Of a DNA stretch of 64,000 nucleotides, positions 1 to 10,067 are shown piece after piece (the stretch's first letter is position 1; the number at the start of each line of letters is the position of its first letter). The translations under genes and the position numbers were made by a program. The notes beneath the pieces are model-generated. The model was not told the origin of the DNA. It was given only the letters and a program-made list of their open reading frames with translations, and made no database searches. Source of the DNA: Candidatus Freyarchaeum deiterrae (lineage in GTDB: Archaea > Asgardarchaeota > Jordiarchaeia > Jordiarchaeales > Jordiarchaeaceae); the NCBI GenBank assembly GCA_037305845.1, contig CP147778.1:2048001-2112000 (forward strand), written 5' to 3'.

Positions 1-1047
<1,047 letters not shown>

Positions 1048-1385
1048 TTACGATTTTAATCAGATTATTTTCTTCTGACATCGTGGTGATAAATATTAAA
1101 TCTTTCGTGAAGCCATGTTCTCAAAAAATAGCTAAAAGAATACAAATCAATTTAGTAGTCTATTCATACTCTAAACATAAAATAAGGGCTATTTCCATAC
1201 TTGATTTTTTAGGCTTAATTCTATTTGGCTAATTCACATGACTGGCCAAGAATTGGTTTATGAACACTAAAAAATTATTCTTGGAACATGTTTATATATC
1301 CCTGATTTTTAGTTCTGCCTATTTATAAATTAACATACGAAGTTTTATACAAAGGATACTAATAACTAGATTCGGAGGCAAGTTC

Positions 1386-2417
1386 ATGGCAAAATACAAG
1401 ATAGCCCTTATTGAGGGTGATGGTACAGGGCCGGAAGTAATAGGCTGCGCCAGAAGAGTGTTGGAAGCAGCAGAGCTAGATGCCGAATTTATTCCAATAG
1501 AGGCAGGTTATTGGGCTTATAAGCAATTTGGTAAGCAGGTCACTGATTCCGCTTGGGAGATTATCGGCGAAAGCAATTGTATTCTTAAGGGTCCCACAAC
1601 GACTCCGATGGGTGGAGGTGAGACTGGGATGAAGAGTGTTGCGGTTACTCTTCGCCAGAAACTAGACTTGTACGCGAATGTTAGACCCTGTAAAAGCAGA
1701 CCTGGAGTATCTGTGCCTACTAAGTTCACTGATCTTGATTTCGTTATAGTGCGGGAAAACACTGAAGGCCTTTACAAGGGAATTGAGTATAAAATGAGTG
1801 AGGATGAGGTTGTTTCGCTAAGGGTGTTCACTAGGAAGGGTTGTGAGCGGATTTCTCGATTCGGCTTTGAATTAGCTAAGAGAGAAAAGCGTAGGAAGGT
1901 CACTCTTATTACCAAAGCGAACATTTTGCAGCTTACTGACGGATTTTTCACCAATATTTTCAACAAAGTTGCTGAGAGCTACCCGGACTTGCAGCATGAG
2001 GATATATACGTAGACCGGGCTAACATGTACATGATAACCAATCCCGTTTATTTTGATGTTATAGTGACATCCAACCTTTTCGGCGATGTTCTGAGCGATG
2101 CTGCAGCTGGTTTAATAGGCGGACTTGGGCTAGCTCCGGGAGCAAACATGGGTGATAACTTTGCTATGTTTGAAGCGGTACATGGTTCAGCTCCCAAATA
2201 TGAAGGGCAAAAAAAAGTTAATCCAACCGCGATGATTCTAACCTCGGTGATGATGCTTAAATATCTCGGAGAAGGTTCGATGGCTGAAAAAGTAGAGAAG
2301 GCTGTGGAAAGCGTTCTTTTAGAAGGAGCGACGAACAAAGAAATAGTGACCTACGATTTGGATGGAACAGCTACGAATGTTGAAATGACCGATGAAATAA
2401 TAAAAAGACTGGAGTAG
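1386..2417 (+). CDS. Isocitrate/homoisocitrate/isopropylmalate dehydrogenase family protein
   Basis: GDGTGPEV, LRQKLDLYANVRP, VRENTEGLY, NLFGDVLSD and FEAVHGSAP motifs. The KGPTTTP...SVAVTLR segment looks more like IDH/HICDH than LeuB. Confidence 0.9.
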   Translation: MAKYKIALIEGDGTGPEVIGCARRVLEAAELDAEFIPIEAGYWAYKQFGKQVTDSAWEIIGESNCILKGPTTTPMGGGETGMKSVAVTLRQKLDLYANVRPCKSRPGVSVPTKFTDLDFVIVRENTEGLYKGIEYKMSEDEVVSLRVFTRKGCERISRFGFELAKREKRRKVTLITKANILQLTDGFFTNIFNKVAESYPDLQHEDIYVDRANMYMITNPVYFDVIVTSNLFGDVLSDAAAGLIGGLGLAPGANMGDNFAMFEAVHGSAPKYEGQKKVNPTAMILTSVMMLKYLGEGSMAEKVEKAVESVLLEGATNKEIVTYDLDGTATNVEMTDEIIKRLE

Positions 2418-2456
2418 TTCCGCATCAACATAATTTATTATCTTAATTTATAGTGA

Positions 2457-2963
2457 CTATTTTTCCCAGGGAAACCGACCATTTTTCTTGTAATACTCTG
2501 TTAACCCGCCTGACTCTACCATCTCCAGTAGGAAGTCTGGGATAGGTGAGGCGGATATCTCTATTTTTTTGGTTACGTTTACTATTTTTCCCTTTCTTAA
2601 ATCAACTTCTAAGATGTCTCCCTGGTCAACCTTTTCGTTTATTCCTCTGCATATTAGTACTGGAAACCCGACGTTGAACGCGTTTCTGTAGAATATTCGA
2701 GCGAAGTCTTCGGCTATAACAATTGAAACTCCTGCATATTTCAAAACTAGGGGCGCCTGCTCCCGGCTTGAACCCATGCCGAAGTTTTTACCGGCTACTA
2801 TAATGTCTCCATTCTCCACCTTTTTAGCGAACTCTGGATCTATACCCTCCATGGCGTGCTGTGCGAGTTCCTTCATGTCTAATGTTTTAAACTTATACTT
2901 GCCCGGAATAATATAATCCGTGTTAACATCATTTGGGAACTTCCAAACCTTTCCTCTAATCAT
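2457..2963 (-). CDS. leuD: 3-isopropylmalate dehydratase/homoaconitase small subunit (LeuD/HacB family)
   Basis: DVNTDYIIPG, GKNFGMGSSREQAP and FARIFYRNAFNVG motifs. Symbol is family-level; substrate uncertain. Confidence 0.88.
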   Translation of the reverse strand: MIRGKVWKFPNDVNTDYIIPGKYKFKTLDMKELAQHAMEGIDPEFAKKVENGDIIVAGKNFGMGSSREQAPLVLKYAGVSIVIAEDFARIFYRNAFNVGFPVLICRGINEKVDQGDILEVDLRKGKIVNVTKKIEISASPIPDFLLEMVESGGLTEYYKKNGRFPWEK

Positions 2964-2965
2964 AT

Positions 2966-4210
2966 TTATGACCTCGGATCCGTTATCTTCCCCTTGATGG
3001 CAGTGACGGCGGCTGTGTGCGGGGAGGCTAGATAGATTTCTGCTTCGTCGCTTCCCATCCTTCCCTTGAAGTTACGGTTGGCCGTTGAGACCACAGTGTA
3101 GCCCGGAGAGGGGATTCCCTGATGTGTACCTACACAGGGTCCGCATCCTGGATTACAGACCACTGCTCCCGCTTTTACAAAAATTTCGATTAGTCCTTCT
3201 TTCAGAGCTTGAAGATAAATTTCTCTAGATGCTGGTGCTATAATTGTAATTGGTTTCGTTTTTTTGTTTTTCAGAATCTTAGCGGCTATTCTAAGATCCT
3301 CAATTCTACCGTTGGTACACGTCCCTATGTACACCTGATCCACATTTGTTCCTTCTACTTCGGTTACGGGCTTAACATTATCCACTTCATGTGGGCATGC
3401 CACCACAGGTACCAAGTCACTGGCATCGATTTCTAATCGGGAAAGATAATCGGCATCAGGGTCGCTAGAGAGTAATTGGTATTGGCTCTTAGTCAATCTT
3501 TTTTCAACATACTCTATTGTTTTGCCGTCTGGAGCCACGATGCCTGTTTTGCCGCCCATTTCAACCGCCATGTTACAGAGAGTCATTCTCGACTCCACAC
3601 TCAGCTCTTCAACAGTATCTCCTGCATACTCCACTGCCATGTAATTCGCACCAGAGGCAGTCACCTTCCCTATTATTGTTAAAATAATATCCTTTGAATA
3701 AACTCCTTTTGGGAGCTTTCCATTCACCGATACCAATAGGGTTTCTGGAACCCTGAACCATAATTTTCCACTGGCAAAAACCACAGCCATGTCCGTGGAG
3801 CCTAATCCGGTAGCGAAAGCGCCTAGAGCGCCGTATGTACAAGTATGAGAATCCGCACCTACAACAACTCCCCCAGGGGCAACATGTCCCTGTTCCGGAA
3901 GCAGTTGATGACAAACGCCACTACCGACATCGTAAAGAATTACGTCTTGTTTTTTACCCCATTCCCTCATCATTGCGTGTAACTTTGATACGCCTTCATT
4001 TGGACTTGGAGCGTTGTGATCAAAAACAAGAGCAATTCTTTCCTTGTTCCAAACCTTGTCAACGCCCATTTCTTGTAATGCTTTGATAGTGAGGGGAGCG
4101 GTACCATCTTGAGCCATAGCAAAGTCTATGTTTGCTACCACTATTTCTCCTGCGTGAGCGTCGGAGTTTGATGCTTTACTGAGAATTTTTTCCGATATGG
4201 TTTTACCCAT
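2966..4210 (-). CDS. leuC: 3-isopropylmalate dehydratase/homoaconitase large subunit (LeuC/HacA family)
   Basis: MGKTISEKIL start (ATG 4210), DHNAP, GADSHTCTYG, GTCTNGR, PGCGPCVG and STANRNFKGRMG aconitase-family motifs. Symbol is family-level. Confidence 0.9.
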   Translation of the reverse strand: MGKTISEKILSKASNSDAHAGEIVVANIDFAMAQDGTAPLTIKALQEMGVDKVWNKERIALVFDHNAPSPNEGVSKLHAMMREWGKKQDVILYDVGSGVCHQLLPEQGHVAPGGVVVGADSHTCTYGALGAFATGLGSTDMAVVFASGKLWFRVPETLLVSVNGKLPKGVYSKDIILTIIGKVTASGANYMAVEYAGDTVEELSVESRMTLCNMAVEMGGKTGIVAPDGKTIEYVEKRLTKSQYQLLSSDPDADYLSRLEIDASDLVPVVACPHEVDNVKPVTEVEGTNVDQVYIGTCTNGRIEDLRIAAKILKNKKTKPITIIAPASREIYLQALKEGLIEIFVKAGAVVCNPGCGPCVGTHQGIPSPGYTVVSTANRNFKGRMGSDEAEIYLASPHTAAVTAIKGKITDPRS

Positions 4211-4470
4211 ATTACACACCAGCTAAAGACCATTAGAGAATCTGCAATCATGATAGATGTTATTGCTCAGAGGACATATGTCTCTGCCTCTGAGGCTGGA
4301 AACCAGTTTCAATTTCGTGAAAGTACAAATCATTCAACCGCATTTAAATTTTATCGGATGCCTCTGATATTTTTGGAGGACTAAACTATTAGTACAGAAA
4401 TAACTTCATAAACTCTTTAGACTTCGTTAATCTTACCATCGCAAACTGGGATTCTAGAGGTATTATTGGT

Positions 4471-5619
4471 TTGAACGAATATCCAAAGCTTAATGAGATT
4501 TACGATGAAATTATCCGCTGCTACCGCTGCGGTCTCTGTAGGGCAGCATGCCCAGTTTTTGAAAGTGTGGGGGTAGAGTCCTGGAATGCTAGGGGAAGAA
4601 TCATTTTGCTCCGCGCCTTATTAGACAATAAGGCAACAGTCTCAGATTCCTTTGTAGACCGCATATACTCCTGCTCTTTATGCAGAGACTGCAATTGTCA
4701 ATGTCCCCCCGGTGTAAATGTATCAAATATAATTGAGGTGGCCCGAGAGGAGCTAGTTAAGAATGGTTTAGCTCCTCCTGAGGAGCAGAAAGAACTGCAG
4801 AGAAACATTCTCCAAGCGGGGAATGTCCTGGGTAAAAAAACGGAACCGTTAGACTCACTTTTAGGCCCTGTAATAAAAAGCTTCCCCGAAGCCGCACCAA
4901 ACCTGATATACTTTGGCTGTGTTACGTTGTACTCCTATTCACAAATAGGAAAGGTGACTTTGGGAATCCTCAAAAACGCCCCGAATGATTACACTATCCT
5001 TAAAGAGGGAGAGAAATGTTGTGGCGGTTTCCTCAAGATGATCGGTTATAAAGACGATTTTGATTCCTACAGTCGAGGGCGAATAGGCTTCCTAAAAGAG
5101 AGAGGAATAAGTCAAATAACTACAGTATGCCCCATGTGCTACTCGACATTCAAACACGACTATCCGCAAAAAGGGATGGAGATAAAGCACACAGTTAACC
5201 TTTACACGGAATTACTGGACGAGGGAAAAATCAAGTTTAACAATCCTTTGAACGCGAAAATAGCTTTCCACGACTCGTGCCACCTTGGGCGTTACTCAGG
5301 ATTATTCGAAGAACCAAGAAAACTAATAGAAAACATTCCCGGGGCAAAACTGGTTGAACTTTCCAACTCCAAAAAATCTTCAAAATGCTGTGGAGGAACA
5401 ATAAGAGTCTCCTACGCTCAAATAAGAAGCAAAATGTCCCAACGCATAATAGAAGACGCCGCCAAAGCGGGTGCAGACTACATGGTAACCGCATGCCCCT
5501 CATGCTTCCACAACTTGTACTCCACATCAATCCTAATGAACTGCAATGTCAAAATCATCACTCTAGAAGAATTAATTGGTTACGCAACAGGTCAATTAGA
5601 GAAAATACCCCTACATTAA
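4471..5619 (+). CDS. Fe-S oxidoreductase with two [4Fe-4S] motifs and two CCG domains (GlcF/GlpC/HdrD-like)
   Basis: CYRCGLCRAACP and CSLCRDCNCQCP ferredoxin motifs, followed by KCCGG/VCPMC and HDSCHLGR/KCCGG/ACPSC. Confidence 0.88.
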   Translation: MNEYPKLNEIYDEIIRCYRCGLCRAACPVFESVGVESWNARGRIILLRALLDNKATVSDSFVDRIYSCSLCRDCNCQCPPGVNVSNIIEVAREELVKNGLAPPEEQKELQRNILQAGNVLGKKTEPLDSLLGPVIKSFPEAAPNLIYFGCVTLYSYSQIGKVTLGILKNAPNDYTILKEGEKCCGGFLKMIGYKDDFDSYSRGRIGFLKERGISQITTVCPMCYSTFKHDYPQKGMEIKHTVNLYTELLDEGKIKFNNPLNAKIAFHDSCHLGRYSGLFEEPRKLIENIPGAKLVELSNSKKSSKCCGGTIRVSYAQIRSKMSQRIIEDAAKAGADYMVTACPSCFHNLYSTSILMNCNVKIITLEELIGYATGQLEKIPLH

Positions 5620-5772
5620 TAGTAAATATATTTAAGAAGCATTTTCATCCTTAATCTAAGGAAAATTTCCTAGATAAAACTTTAATTAATTATGCATACA
5701 AAATTACATAAGGGTAAAGCTTAATACCGCTCTGTTGTTAATTCAAAAGCATACTAACGGAGGACAATAATA

Positions 5773-6657
5773 ATGTCAGAAATTGAACCAAGTGTTATGC
5801 AAAGTCAGGATAGTAGTAAACTCAAGGCTGGTAAAGGGTTTAGTCTAGGCGAGATACAAGAAGCTGGACTAAGCGTACATGAAGCTAAAAGACTTTCACT
5901 CAGAATAGACCGAAGAAGGAAAACAACCCACAAGGAAAATGTAACCACAATTAAGACCTATATGAAAGAGGGCAAAGATAAAGGGAAAAAGAGGAAAGAG
6001 GAAGAAGCACAAAAGTTACCTACAGAAGCCGAAAAAACAGCCATTGCCGACCTAACAAAAATAGAAGGATTGAATAAAAAACTCGCCAAAAAGCTCATAG
6101 ACCTAAAAATTAATTCACTCGACGCTTTATCCTCCGCGAAGGCGAAAGATTTAGCCAAAAAACTAGGAGTGAGCGAAGTTCGAGCAACACTTTGGGTAGA
6201 GGACGCAGGAATACTTACAGGGAAAATCAAACCCAAACCGAAACCACAACCTAAACCAGAAGTTAAACCCGAGCCTAAACCAGAGAAGGTAGAAAAACCT
6301 AAACCAGAAGTAGCAGAAAAAGTTGTTAAAGAAGAAGCAGTTGACCTGACAAAAATTAAAAGCTTAACGAAGGAAGATGCCAAGAAATTAGCAGAAATAG
6401 GCATCCTCACATTGGAAGATTTAGCTTTGACTGAAGAGAATGAAGTAAAAGAAATATCAGAAATAACCCATATTCCCCAAGACATAATCAGCGTCTGGAT
6501 ACAGGAAGCGAAAAAACTGACAAAGACACCTATAGAAACTGCGAAGCCAGTAAAAGCCAAAGTGTCCAAAGAGGAAGCAAAACCCGTTGAGACCGAAATA
6601 AAAAAAACCGTTAAACCCAAAAAGGCAAAGGCAACGGCGAAGAGTAAGAAAAACTAG
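5773..6657 (+). CDS. rpl13e: 50S ribosomal protein eL13 (L13e) with a long C-terminal extension holding two helix-hairpin-helix-like domains
   Basis: The N-terminal GKGFSLGEIQEAGLSVHEAKRLSLRIDRRRKTTHKENV is the L13e core. It is followed by two DLTKI-x-L...AKKL...I..L..LA...W..EA repeats separated by a KP/EP-rich linker. Confidence 0.85.
   Translation: MSEIEPSVMQSQDSSKLKAGKGFSLGEIQEAGLSVHEAKRLSLRIDRRRKTTHKENVTTIKTYMKEGKDKGKKRKEEEAQKLPTEAEKTAIADLTKIEGLNKKLAKKLIDLKINSLDALSSAKAKDLAKKLGVSEVRATLWVEDAGILTGKIKPKPKPQPKPEVKPEPKPEKVEKPKPEVAEKVVKEEAVDLTKIKSLTKEDAKKLAEIGILTLEDLALTEENEVKEISEITHIPQDIISVWIQEAKKLTKTPIETAKPVKAKVSKEEAKPVETEIKKTVKPKKAKATAKSKKN
6229..6309 (+). repeat. Low-complexity (KP/EP)n linker repeat within the eL13 extension
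   Basis: aaacc(c/g/a/t) units encoding KPKPKPQPKPEVKPEPKPEKVEKPKPE. Confidence 0.8.
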
Positions 6658-6711
6658 AATCCCAATTATTAAACTTCAGTTTTTACAATACTTCAAACTC
6701 AACAAAGTTCA

Positions 6712-9123
6712 TTATCCGAAAAGTCTTTTTATTATTTTTCTTTTCAGCTGATAAGTCTGCTGGTTAATCCTAGAGGCTTCGCTTAGGGCCTCTATTCCTT
6801 TTATCCTGATTACTATTTTATCTTCAGCGTTTATTCGTATCTCATTTTCTCTCCCGTGAATATACTCAATCACCAATGTTTTGTTTTCTTTATTCCAAGT
6901 CGAAACGACTGAAACACTGTTTGGTTTTTTTGGCAGCGTTAGAGAAATGCGACCTTGACTATTCTTATAGCCCCAACATTCTAGTGTTACCGTGGATTTG
7001 CTTTTCTCCAATTTAGAAATTTCGGAAGTAATATAATTGATTCTGGAATTCCCTATTTTCAGCCCCACTGACCAGATCATGGCACTTCTTTTTGGGATAA
7101 CTAGGTTCTCAATCTGAATTTTTTGATTCAAATTGGAAGGAGCACTAAATGTTATGTCACACTTCTGCTCTCTCCAAGCCAAATTGGAGACTAGTAAATA
7201 ACCAATGTTCTCGCCCACCCGCTCACATAATAAAATCTTATCTGAAGAAGAGCAATATCTTTTGGTTATACCTATTTTTTCGAGGATATAACTCAACTGT
7301 TCAGTACTCGGAAGAAATCCTAACTGCACCACGGAGCCTTTTCCATAATTAACTCGAAAACCACAAACCTCACCTTTAAAACGAAATAAAGGTTCAACAT
7401 TATCCGCTTCAAAGGTCACAACTATTGGTGATTTAAAATGCGACCCATTAACATCAACCCAACCCCCATTGTAAGCCTTTTGTTCTCTGACTCTGAGAAC
7501 CTCTTTCATTGATTCTAAACTTTCAAAGTTCTCATCCAACTCTGGAACAAGGGGGAGTACAACCAGAAATCCACCTTTCTCCACATATTCCAATAATCTC
7601 TCAACTACAGCTCTCTCCATAAAATCAAAGCTAAAAACACAGAGAAAAGAAACTTGCAGAAGTTTATCCAAAGTAACCTGTCCTAGGTCTATCAACTCAA
7701 AGTTAAACCCCGATTCCAAAACTATATTCATAAATTTCTCCATCAACCTATATAACGTCCTGTATCCCAGAATATTATTTTTCGAGGATACAAGCCGCAC
7801 GTAAGTATAGGGATGATAGTAACCTAAACCGAACTCAGCTAGTTTTTTAGTTACTTTTTCTGAAGAATTCACAAAATCAGTAAATCTCTTAACAACAGAG
7901 TACTTGCTGGTTTCACCTCCCCTCTCATCCAAGGGGGCGTCATGATAATAAATTCTCTTAGTTGTTCCATACCCCTTCGGATTAGCCCCACCCGAAAACA
8001 TGTAGAAATTAACCCCCTTCAAACCATGAATGTACGCTAAGCGTTCTAAAAAGTGCAACATATTATCTGGAACCCTAGAAACAAACCAACCCGCCTGCAA
8101 CTCTAAAGCTAATGGTGAAGAATTTGGCTGTTCAGCCTTCAAGCGTTCAATATTATTGACAACCTCAGTCAAGGATTCTAGATCATGTATGAGCTGAGGA
8201 TACAAATCTACGGTATCAAAAACCACTTTACTCTTCCTAGATATACTTGCGGGCGGGAGACTATTGTACGGTTCATTTGTGTATAAAGTAACATCAATCC
8301 CGCTACTTCTGAGAACAGAAGAAAGCTTGCTTAGAAAATTAGCAATCATATCTTCCTTGAATTCCATCCAATCAAATATCCAAGGTAAACACCGATTATC
8401 CTTAACCATTCTTCTCGGAGGCTCAACCAATGGAAAAGAATCAAAACCCAAGTGATACCTTCTATTCAAATCTTTAATTGATCGATACCTCTCTCTAAGC
8501 CATTTATGATAAAGTCCCTCCTTATTTCCGGTACCAATAACAATATCATTGTAATCCGTGTCGAAAGGCCAGAAATGGAAACCATAAGAGGACTCATTAT
8601 CAATCTGAACTAGAATGACACTCCCTCCCTTCGTGTACTGGTGCCTTGAGAGTATGGAAGCCACATTCTCAAACCAGTTTCTTGCTTGCTTCAAATAGAC
8701 TGGATGTAGATAAGTTAATACAGGAAACTTCTTAGAAAACCATAAGGTTGGTCTCCCCCTAGAGTTACGCGCCAAAACTTCAGGGTGCTCTTCAATCAAC
8801 CAACTCGGTATACCTCCATTTTTCCACTCCGCACAAATATAAGGTCCCGGTTTCGCTATAACACCTAGTTCTTCCTCCCGGGCGTATTCCAAAAATGTTT
8901 CAAGATCACGCCCTTCGGTGTAGCTTCCTTGAAAATCGAACACACCTGAGCTTAACTCATGCCAGTTCCATGGTATATACGTGGAGACCGCATTCAAACC
9001 CGCATTCTTCAATTTTGCAAGCCTTTCACGCCACTCTTTTTTGGGAACACGAAAATAATGAATCTCTCCACTTAATAGAAAATTCTCTTTATCCGGATCA
9101 AATATTCCCGAGTACGAAGCCAT
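6712..9123 (-). CDS. Glycoside hydrolase family 35 (beta-galactosidase / GlmA-like)
   Basis: LSGEIHYFRVP, GLNAVSTYIPWNWHE, KPGPYICAEWKNGGIP, QIDNE (acid/base) and ELQAGW (nucleophile). Start placed at ATG 9123; upstream alternatives exist. Confidence 0.9.
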   Translation of the reverse strand: MASYSGIFDPDKENFLLSGEIHYFRVPKKEWRERLAKLKNAGLNAVSTYIPWNWHELSSGVFDFQGSYTEGRDLETFLEYAREEELGVIAKPGPYICAEWKNGGIPSWLIEEHPEVLARNSRGRPTLWFSKKFPVLTYLHPVYLKQARNWFENVASILSRHQYTKGGSVILVQIDNESSYGFHFWPFDTDYNDIVIGTGNKEGLYHKWLRERYRSIKDLNRRYHLGFDSFPLVEPPRRMVKDNRCLPWIFDWMEFKEDMIANFLSKLSSVLRSSGIDVTLYTNEPYNSLPPASISRKSKVVFDTVDLYPQLIHDLESLTEVVNNIERLKAEQPNSSPLALELQAGWFVSRVPDNMLHFLERLAYIHGLKGVNFYMFSGGANPKGYGTTKRIYYHDAPLDERGGETSKYSVVKRFTDFVNSSEKVTKKLAEFGLGYYHPYTYVRLVSSKNNILGYRTLYRLMEKFMNIVLESGFNFELIDLGQVTLDKLLQVSFLCVFSFDFMERAVVERLLEYVEKGGFLVVLPLVPELDENFESLESMKEVLRVREQKAYNGGWVDVNGSHFKSPIVVTFEADNVEPLFRFKGEVCGFRVNYGKGSVVQLGFLPSTEQLSYILEKIGITKRYCSSSDKILLCERVGENIGYLLVSNLAWREQKCDITFSAPSNLNQKIQIENLVIPKRSAMIWSVGLKIGNSRINYITSEISKLEKSKSTVTLECWGYKNSQGRISLTLPKKPNSVSVVSTWNKENKTLVIEYIHGRENEIRINAEDKIVIRIKGIEALSEASRINQQTYQLKRKIIKRLFG

Positions 9124-9276
9124 TTCGAAACACAACATCCGAAAATTATTGTAAAAAATCTGTAGAATCTCCCTTAAAAGCCTAAGGTTAGTAACGCATA
9201 ACTTCCGTAAACTTAAATTGCATCGTAAACTTATGTTATAAGTAAAAATAAAAATCATTTCTCGGGGAATTGAAGA

Positions 9277-9504
9277 ATGGCTGTTATAGCTTATATTATG
9301 TTATTAACCACAGTAGGGAAGGAGCATGAAATCGCAGAAGAAATTGAAGGATATGAACACGTCACAGAGGCGAAAGTTGTTTATGGAAGCTGGGATGTAG
9401 TAGTCCGAGCTTCACTAGAAGACCTATCACAATTAGACGGACTAGTAACAAGCATAAGAAAACTGGAAGGCGTTGATCAAACCTCAACACTTGTAACATC
9501 CTAA
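9277..9504 (+). CDS. Stand-alone Lrp/AsnC ligand-binding (RAM) domain protein
   Basis: 75 aa, VYGSWDVVV and IRKLEGVDQTSTLV patterns, no HTH. Confidence 0.85.
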   Translation: MAVIAYIMLLTTVGKEHEIAEEIEGYEHVTEAKVVYGSWDVVVRASLEDLSQLDGLVTSIRKLEGVDQTSTLVTS

Positions 9505-9693
9505 ATCACACCTTACCCTATTTTTTTATAAACATGTTAATAAACTTCTTAGCAGTCAGTTTAGATATTAAAATGATAACTTTACTTATTTATGGCACTA
9601 ATATTGGTTCAGAGAGAGTAGCGTTTAATTAGTTTCACAATTTTCGACCAAAAAAGCTATATTAGTAAACGTTTTAGTTAGAAGAAAAACAAA

Positions 9694-9918
9694 ATGGGTT
9701 CGATCCATATGGCTTATTTGCTACTAGTGTTCCTTCTTATAGTATTATTCGTTTATTTGGGATTACATATGGCAAAACTTGAGCCATACAGACCTAAAAT
9801 ACTCGTCCCTCTAATTTTTGTCAGTGTACTAATCGTGGTGGCGTCAATTGTCATACAAGAACCTTGGTGGGCTAATTATGTCTCAGCGATAAAAAGTATA
9901 CTACCCTTTCCCTTCTGA
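9694..9918 (+). CDS. Small two-TM membrane protein, function unknown
   Basis: Two hydrophobic stretches; the ORF fills a gap between same-strand genes. Confidence 0.55.
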   Translation: MGSIHMAYLLLVFLLIVLFVYLGLHMAKLEPYRPKILVPLIFVSVLIVVASIVIQEPWWANYVSAIKSILPFPF

Positions 9919-10067
9919 ACCAAACTCAGGGCTTCCTTCTAGCCGATCATTCAACGGTATCAAAGTCTCTTACACTAACTCCGATGGTTCTACCCAAAAT
10001 ATTAATCAAATACCATAGTGCTATTAAAAAGAACTACTTTCTCTCAATCACTAAAGGGTGAATCATA

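Noticed and set aside
4223-4333. 36-codon upstream ORF before the leuC-family gene as a possible attenuator peptide
   Set aside because: No run of Leu/Lys or other regulatory codons and no SD; only the hairpin is reported.
5958-6620. 220-aa minus-strand ORF
   Set aside because: Antisense mirror of the Lys/Glu/Pro-rich eL13 extension. The same applies to the many other short ORFs nested in real genes.
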